Part shown: positions 59,357 to 64,000 of the stretch, piece by piece | Layout of the letters: each line of letters starts with the position of its first letter | Position numbering within the stretch: position 1 is the stretch's first letter | Assembly (NCBI GenBank): GCA_963720265.1 | Contig: CAVRET010000002.1 | Location: 663,601 to 727,600 of the forward strand | Reading direction: 5' to 3' | Source: an uncultured bacterium | Lineage (GTDB): Bacteria; Patescibacteriota; Saccharimonadia; UBA4664 | Length of the DNA: 64,000 bases | Program-made: the position numbers and the translations under genes | Notes under the pieces: generated by a model | Seen by the model: the letters and a program-made list of their open reading frames with translations, nothing else | Told to the model about the DNA's origin: nothing | The model's database searches: none

Positions 59357-60123
59357 TTGACCTGCGCCTCCAAGCTCGCTTTAAGTGCGGCCATCAGATC
59401 GGCCGGAGCTTTGGCCGTCGCTTCGTGCGGCGCTGCTTTCTCCTTACCCTTCGCCTTAGCCTCGATCCGTGCCTGCAGCTCCTCAGTATAGGTATCGTGA
59501 AAATCCTCAGGGATAAACGGTTGCGTTTGCTGATCGACCAGCTCAACGGCCAGGTCGAGTTCACGCTCATTCGCTACATCTTTTCCCGGTAACGTAAGGC
59601 TGCCCGGGGTACGCAAATCAGCCGGGAACCGCATTTGGTTTAGCACGAGCACCTGGCCCACAGTCTTCAAAATCGCCAAATGTTCCCGTTCGCGCAGCAC
59701 AAACGTTGCCACCGCCAGTCGATTCCGCTTACGCAAAGCCTCGCGCAAAAGCGCATATGCTTTCTCGCCGCCCTTGCCCGGCTCCAGATAGTATGGCCGT
59801 TCCAAATACCGCACATCAATCTGCTGCTCGTCGCAAAACTCCACAATATCAATCGTCGTCGTTTTCTTTACGTCCGCGGCTTCGAAGTCCTCGTCCGTAA
59901 TTCGCACAAATTCGCCTTTCTCGTATTCGTAACCCTTAACGATCTCGCTAAACGGCACCTCTTTGTCCTCGGCTTTGCAGATCTTGGCATAGCGAATGGG
60001 GGACAGGTCTTTTTTGTGTAACATGTGCAAATCAATCCCGTCGCGCGTCTCCGCGCCGGAATAGAGCTTCACCGGAATATTAATAAGCCCAAACGAGATT
60101 GCCCCAGACCAGATCGCGCGCAT
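59353..60123 (-). CDS. ku: NHEJ Ku protein
   Basis: MRAIWSGAISFGLINIPVKLY, PYYLEP, DLMAALKASL. Confidence 0.96.
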   Translation of the reverse strand: MRAIWSGAISFGLINIPVKLYSGAETRDGIDLHMLHKKDLSPIRYAKICKAEDKEVPFSEIVKGYEYEKGEFVRITDEDFEAADVKKTTTIDIVEFCDEQQIDVRYLERPYYLEPGKGGEKAYALLREALRKRNRLAVATFVLREREHLAILKTVGQVLVLNQMRFPADLRTPGSLTLPGKDVANERELDLAVELVDQQTQPFIPEDFHDTYTEELQARIEAKAKGKEKAAPHEATAKAPADLMAALKASLEAQVK

Positions 60124-60229
60124 TGCATCCTCCAATCAGTTTGTTGTTAGTCTAGGCGAAATGTGTCTGCCCTGTCACTGGAAATAGTCACAGCGCGGTA
60201 TATAATGGCGGCAATTTAGGGAGGCACTC

Positions 60230-60421
60230 ATGTCTCACTCCAATCGAGTAGTTCAAACCGGCGGCTCCGGCGCCGTCTATGGCCTCGGACTTGTTGGCGC
60301 CCTCATATACTATATTCATTTTCATTCCGGCAGCCTCTGGCTGGTGATTTTGGCCGTCATCAAAGCCATTCTTTGGCCCGCGTTCCTCGTATACCAGCTG
60401 CTGTTGTTCCTGCACATGTAA
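60230..60421 (+). CDS. Small membrane protein
   Basis: GGGGAGG RBS; GAVYGLGLVGALIYY...KAILWPAFLVY. Confidence 0.7.
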   Translation: MSHSNRVVQTGGSGAVYGLGLVGALIYYIHFHSGSLWLVILAVIKAILWPAFLVYQLLLFLHM

Positions 60422-60481
60422 TTGCACTACGCTTATGCTTAAAAATCTGTTATAGTCAGGGCAACATCTAAGGGACTCATT

Positions 60482-61012
60482 ATGAAACTTCGCACTTCAC
60501 AAGCCGGCAACATTGGTTTAGAAGTCGTGTTAGCGGTCGTGGTCTTGGTCTTGGCCGTCGGCGCCTACTGGACGTACCAGCAGCACATGAAGTCGCAATC
60601 GGCTTCCAGCACCACAGCTGCTGCACTTTCGGCCAACGCTAAAACCGCGGCTGCAAACGCCAAGCAATCGCAGGCTGCCCTAACAGACGTCAAAGCCTTC
60701 TACATGGCCTGGCTGGCAGATCCGATGCCGACAGCCTCCAGCATGGAGCAGCAAGGCTACCTAACCTCAACTGCGGTCTCAGCTGCAGCTGCCGCCAAGA
60801 CATATGACCTCTTTACCTGCAACCAGTCCGCGCTCGCGTTTGACAAGTACAAGTTCTCCAACCCGATTGCGGACGGCAACACCGCCACGATGTTAGCCAG
60901 TGCCGTTTACTCCGGTTCCACAACCACAACCATTCACCTAGGCCTCAAGATGGTTGGCAGCAAATGGCAGATCAACAGCGTTTCCTGTCCCGACATGACC
61001 ACATCAAAGTAG
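60482..61012 (+). CDS. Prepilin-like secreted protein
   Basis: SQAG|NIGLE class III signal-like start, hydrophobic helix, C-terminal WQINSVSC. Confidence 0.65.
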   Translation: MKLRTSQAGNIGLEVVLAVVVLVLAVGAYWTYQQHMKSQSASSTTAAALSANAKTAAANAKQSQAALTDVKAFYMAWLADPMPTASSMEQQGYLTSTAVSAAAAAKTYDLFTCNQSALAFDKYKFSNPIADGNTATMLASAVYSGSTTTTIHLGLKMVGSKWQINSVSCPDMTTSK

Positions 61013-61088
61013 CTTACACAGCCAAAAAATTAAACCTATGAGCTAAGCACCAATGCTTGGCTCATAGTTTGTTTGATAGCATAAAGTA

Positions 61089-61117
61089 TTGACAAAGATA
61101 TAAAAATAATATATAAT
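61089..61117 (+). promoter_or_regulatory. Consensus sigma70 promoter
   Basis: TTGACA-17 nt-TATAAT. Confidence 0.8.
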
Positions 61118-61148
61118 ATCTCGCATTCCATTAAGGAGTGTGTAGATA

Positions 61149-61595
61149 ATGTCTATTAAAGCTTACTCAACTGCCCGCTATACGACCCAGGTGGCCGTTG
61201 CGGCAGTTGCCCTCACGGTTGCGGGCACCGGCATCGCCTTAGCCTGCTCAAGTCCGCACCCGACCCCGGTGGTCAAGCATTGCAACCCGACGCCGAAGCC
61301 TACGCCTAAGCCGGTTTGCCCGCCCAAACCCACTCCAACACCAAAACCGACGAGCAAACCCTGCCCGCCTAAAGAAACCCCTACACCAACCCCGACCCCG
61401 ACAGTAATCCCTACCCCCACACCCACTCCGTCGGTAACACCGACCCCGACGCCCACGCCTCAGGTGCTCAGCGCCTCCACGCAGGCTACAACCCTGCCGG
61501 ATACCGGTGCCAGCTTCGGCGGTTCCACCATTGGCCTTGGCTCAATGATTACCGCCGGTGTGGCATACGCCCGGTCGCGTAAAAACCGAAAGTAA
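61149..61595 (+). CDS. Pro/Thr-rich LPxTG surface protein
   Basis: Signal peptide, PT/PK repeats, LPDTG plus hydrophobic stretch plus RSRKNRK tail. Confidence 0.8.
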   Translation: MSIKAYSTARYTTQVAVAAVALTVAGTGIALACSSPHPTPVVKHCNPTPKPTPKPVCPPKPTPTPKPTSKPCPPKETPTPTPTPTVIPTPTPTPSVTPTPTPTPQVLSASTQATTLPDTGASFGGSTIGLGSMITAGVAYARSRKNRK

Positions 61596-61612
61596 CCAAC
61601 CCTAAACCAATC

Positions 61613-61640
61613 AAAAAGACTCCCGCTCGGGAGTCTTTTT
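61613..61640. terminator. Bidirectional intrinsic terminator
   Basis: AAAAAGACTCCCG-ct-CGGGAGTCTTTTT. Confidence 0.85.
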
Positions 61641-61647
61641 GTGCGCC

Positions 61648-62715
61648 TCAATTAGCCGTCAGTGAGAAGTTGTTAACCGCGAAATTAACCGACTCGTTAT
61701 TGGTCGAGACCAGCTCGGCGCCGTAATCTATCTGGCCGAGTGTTGCATTTGAGCCCAACCACCCCTTGGTTTTGATGACATAGTTGTAGAAGTCGAGAAT
61801 ATTCACTGTGCCGCTCGTGGTATTATTTTCGGCTACGAACGCGATGTAGCAGCCGCTATCGCAGCTCGTGCCGTCGCTATAGACGTCGTACGTCTGGCCG
61901 CCGTCGCTAAACGTTCCCCGTAAGCTTCCGCCCGGCGTTTGGCCGTAGTTATCGTTCCAGATCATGATCTCAGTAGAATTATTATCAGCCACGCCGTTCA
62001 GCCACATGTCATAGGCAAATTCGTAAATGCCCACATGCGGACCAGTTTCAGCATAGCTGCTCGAAATCGTGTGGAACGAGCTAATGAGCGGGCTCGAGTC
62101 AAAATCTTCGTGCACATTGGGATAGGTTTTAACCGCCCCGTCGCCATTATTGTTATTCATCTTCGCGGTGACGTACCAATTGTCGAAATCGCAGGCGTAC
62201 AAGGTCTGCGCTACCGAGTAACCCGAGGCGTTCCAGGTGTCGTTGGTGACGTAATAGTTTCCGATTGTGACGCCGCTTTGGGCGTTGTTGGGGTCGAACG
62301 GAATCGTGTACTGCGGGTTGCTGCAGGTCTGGCTGACCGGAGTCGAGCTCGGTGTGGGCGTTGTAGTGGGGGTAGGGGTTGTTATCGGCGTGCTGCTCGG
62401 GGTTGGTGTGGGGGTCGCCGCCGTTTGCCCCCAGTGTGACAAGAGAATCGACAAGTCAAACACATTGACCGTACCGTCACCGTTAAGATCAGCCGTAGCG
62501 TTGTTCGTACCCCAGTCACTGAGCATGATTGAGAGGTCAAACACATTTACCACCCCGTCATGATTCAAGTCACCCACCAGCGGGCCGGCCGCAAAGGTAT
62601 GGAAAATCACCAGCCCAAACACCACCACCGCAAGTACCACCAACGACGCCTGGGGATAGTGGTCAAATTTTTTCGGCAACCGAATCATGCGATGAGCTCT
62701 AGTCTCCCTCCGCAC
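61648..62715 (-). CDS. Dockerin-I + PT linker + GH12-like glycoside hydrolase
   Basis: GDLNHDGVVNVFDL / ADLNGDGTVNVFDL; VKTYPN, YDMW, EIMIW, YGAE. Confidence 0.8.
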   Translation of the reverse strand: MRRETRAHRMIRLPKKFDHYPQASLVVLAVVVFGLVIFHTFAAGPLVGDLNHDGVVNVFDLSIMLSDWGTNNATADLNGDGTVNVFDLSILLSHWGQTAATPTPTPSSTPITTPTPTTTPTPSSTPVSQTCSNPQYTIPFDPNNAQSGVTIGNYYVTNDTWNASGYSVAQTLYACDFDNWYVTAKMNNNNGDGAVKTYPNVHEDFDSSPLISSFHTISSSYAETGPHVGIYEFAYDMWLNGVADNNSTEIMIWNDNYGQTPGGSLRGTFSDGGQTYDVYSDGTSCDSGCYIAFVAENNTTSGTVNILDFYNYVIKTKGWLGSNATLGQIDYGAELVSTNNESVNFAVNNFSLTAN

Positions 62716-63808
62716 AAGATATCGGTGCGCATGTTAGGGAGAAGTTGTTGAGGTCAAACCTCTGAGTCCCGTCCGTGTATGCGACCTCCACGCCATACTC
62801 GACGGCGCTCAGCTCCGCGGGATTAGCACCACCGGCCTTACACGCCGCTGTAGAAGTGCAATCGAACCAGGCCGGATTATTGGCAATAACCCAGTTATAG
62901 AGGGCCAGCAGGTCTACCGTACCTGAGGCTGTCTGAGTCGTTGGTGCAAAGCCGACGTACCCACAATTGCCGCCGCCGGGATTGCCAAACGTCCAGATAT
63001 CCCAGGTATTGCCGCCAATGCTCACGTTCGTATCTACAAAGGAGGCGCCACTCAGGTCATTCTCCCACTGGTTCCAGACCATCATTTCCTCACAGTTGCC
63101 GTTATTGAGCCCGTCAATCCACGTGTCGTAGGCTTCATCATAACCAAGGCTGGTGCCCGCCGGCGCTGACATCCCGAACGTGCTCGTAACATTCGTTAAG
63201 GACGAGATAACCGGACCGCAGTCGGGCATGTTACAGGCGTACGGTGCCGGTGCCAGATCAACTTGCGTGTCGGGATAGGTTTCAACTTGGCCGCCGTCGT
63301 TCGGTTGGTTGGATTCGACGTACCAGCTTTTGGAGTTGCAGACATATATGGTTTGCGGGCCGTGGCTGCCACTCCAAGCATCGTTACCGACCTGATAGCC
63401 GTTGGTATCGGTCCAGCCGAATTCGGCGTCGGAGCTGCTGGTGACAGGGTTAGTGCACGTCTGTGCCACTGGGCTCGAGCTTGGTGTCGGCGTGGGCGTC
63501 GACGTTGGTGTGGGGGTCGGCGTTGGGGTTGAGCTCGTCTGGCCCCAGTGCGACAGCAGAATTGAAAGATCATACACGTTCACCGTACCGTCGCCGTTAA
63601 GATCGGCCGTAGCATTGCTGGTACCCCAATCGCTCAACATGATCGAGAGGTCATACACGTTGACCACCCCGTCATTATTAAGATCGCCCACGAGCGACGA
63701 CGCGAAACTGTGCACAATCACCAGTCCCAACGCCACAGCCACAAGCACGATTGCCGCTGCCTGCGGATATTGAATGGTTCGTTTATGCAACCGAATAAGG
63801 TGTTTCAC
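62699..63808 (-). CDS. Dockerin-I + PT linker + GH12-like glycoside hydrolase (paralog)
   Basis: GDLNNDGVVNVYDL / ADLNGDGTVNVYDL; VETYPD, YDTW, EMMVW, YGVE. Confidence 0.8.
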   Translation of the reverse strand: MKHLIRLHKRTIQYPQAAAIVLVAVALGLVIVHSFASSLVGDLNNDGVVNVYDLSIMLSDWGTSNATADLNGDGTVNVYDLSILLSHWGQTSSTPTPTPTPTSTPTPTPSSSPVAQTCTNPVTSSSDAEFGWTDTNGYQVGNDAWSGSHGPQTIYVCNSKSWYVESNQPNDGGQVETYPDTQVDLAPAPYACNMPDCGPVISSLTNVTSTFGMSAPAGTSLGYDEAYDTWIDGLNNGNCEEMMVWNQWENDLSGASFVDTNVSIGGNTWDIWTFGNPGGGNCGYVGFAPTTQTASGTVDLLALYNWVIANNPAWFDCTSTAACKAGGANPAELSAVEYGVEVAYTDGTQRFDLNNFSLTCAPISCAEGD

Positions 63809-63868
63809 AGCTTCTTATTGTGAACAATAACTGCCGTAATGCTCAAACACAAGCATTATCAGGGGTGG

Positions 63869-64000
63869 TTAGGCCTCGCGGTCGTAGGCCGCCTGAAGGG
63901 CGACGATGTCCAGCCTGTCCATCGTCAGCATGGCTTTGGTAACGCGTTCCGCCCTTTTGGGATCGGGATCGCCCATGAGTTCATCCAGCAGCTTGGGTAC
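63869..64000 (-). CDS. VOC/PhnB family protein, C-terminal fragment
   Basis: VPKLLDELMGDPDPKRAERVTKAMLTMDRLDIVALQAAY* typical PhnB-like tail. Confidence 0.75.
   Translation of the reverse strand, partial: VPKLLDELMGDPDPKRAERVTKAMLTMDRLDIVALQAAYDREA

Noticed and set aside
61260-63530. ACNCCN tandem repeats as DNA repeat elements
   Set aside because: Explained by Pro/Thr linker coding with synonymous variation.

Overview
Bacterial chromosomal window, standard code, with compact gene packing. Gene order (yceD-rpmF-nusB-Nudix-rnc; rpsP-khpA-trmD), pilin-like and dockerin proteins and many short or leaderless 5' UTRs suggest a Patescibacteria/Saccharibacteria-type genome, probably from soil (inference). 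The left third is housekeeping (murF, dcd, leuS with two inserted Nudix domains, rpmF, nusB, rnc, rpsP, trmD) plus sodN/sodX. The most striking feature is directly downstream of tRNA-Gln(CTG), 18365-23200. It is a tandem array of five 0.75-1.2 kb single-gene cassettes, each bounded by a 30-nt att-like site ending in the tRNA 3' end (CYCCAGCCA). Each site lies inside a conserved antisense micro-ORF (WL-x6-[QK]T ... I-x-x-LL). No recombinase is present in the window, so it looks like an integron-like, tRNA-anchored cassette array. The right half is a stress/survival and surface region: DipZ, MscS, otsA/otsB, TreS-like and alpha-glucosidase GH13s, Ku-LigD, glmS, MFS transporters, an unannotated 49-aa His/Asp peptide, a Gln-rich peptide, an LPxTG protein and two dockerin-GH12 paralogs. 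All assignments come from motif recognition by eye; no database search was run.
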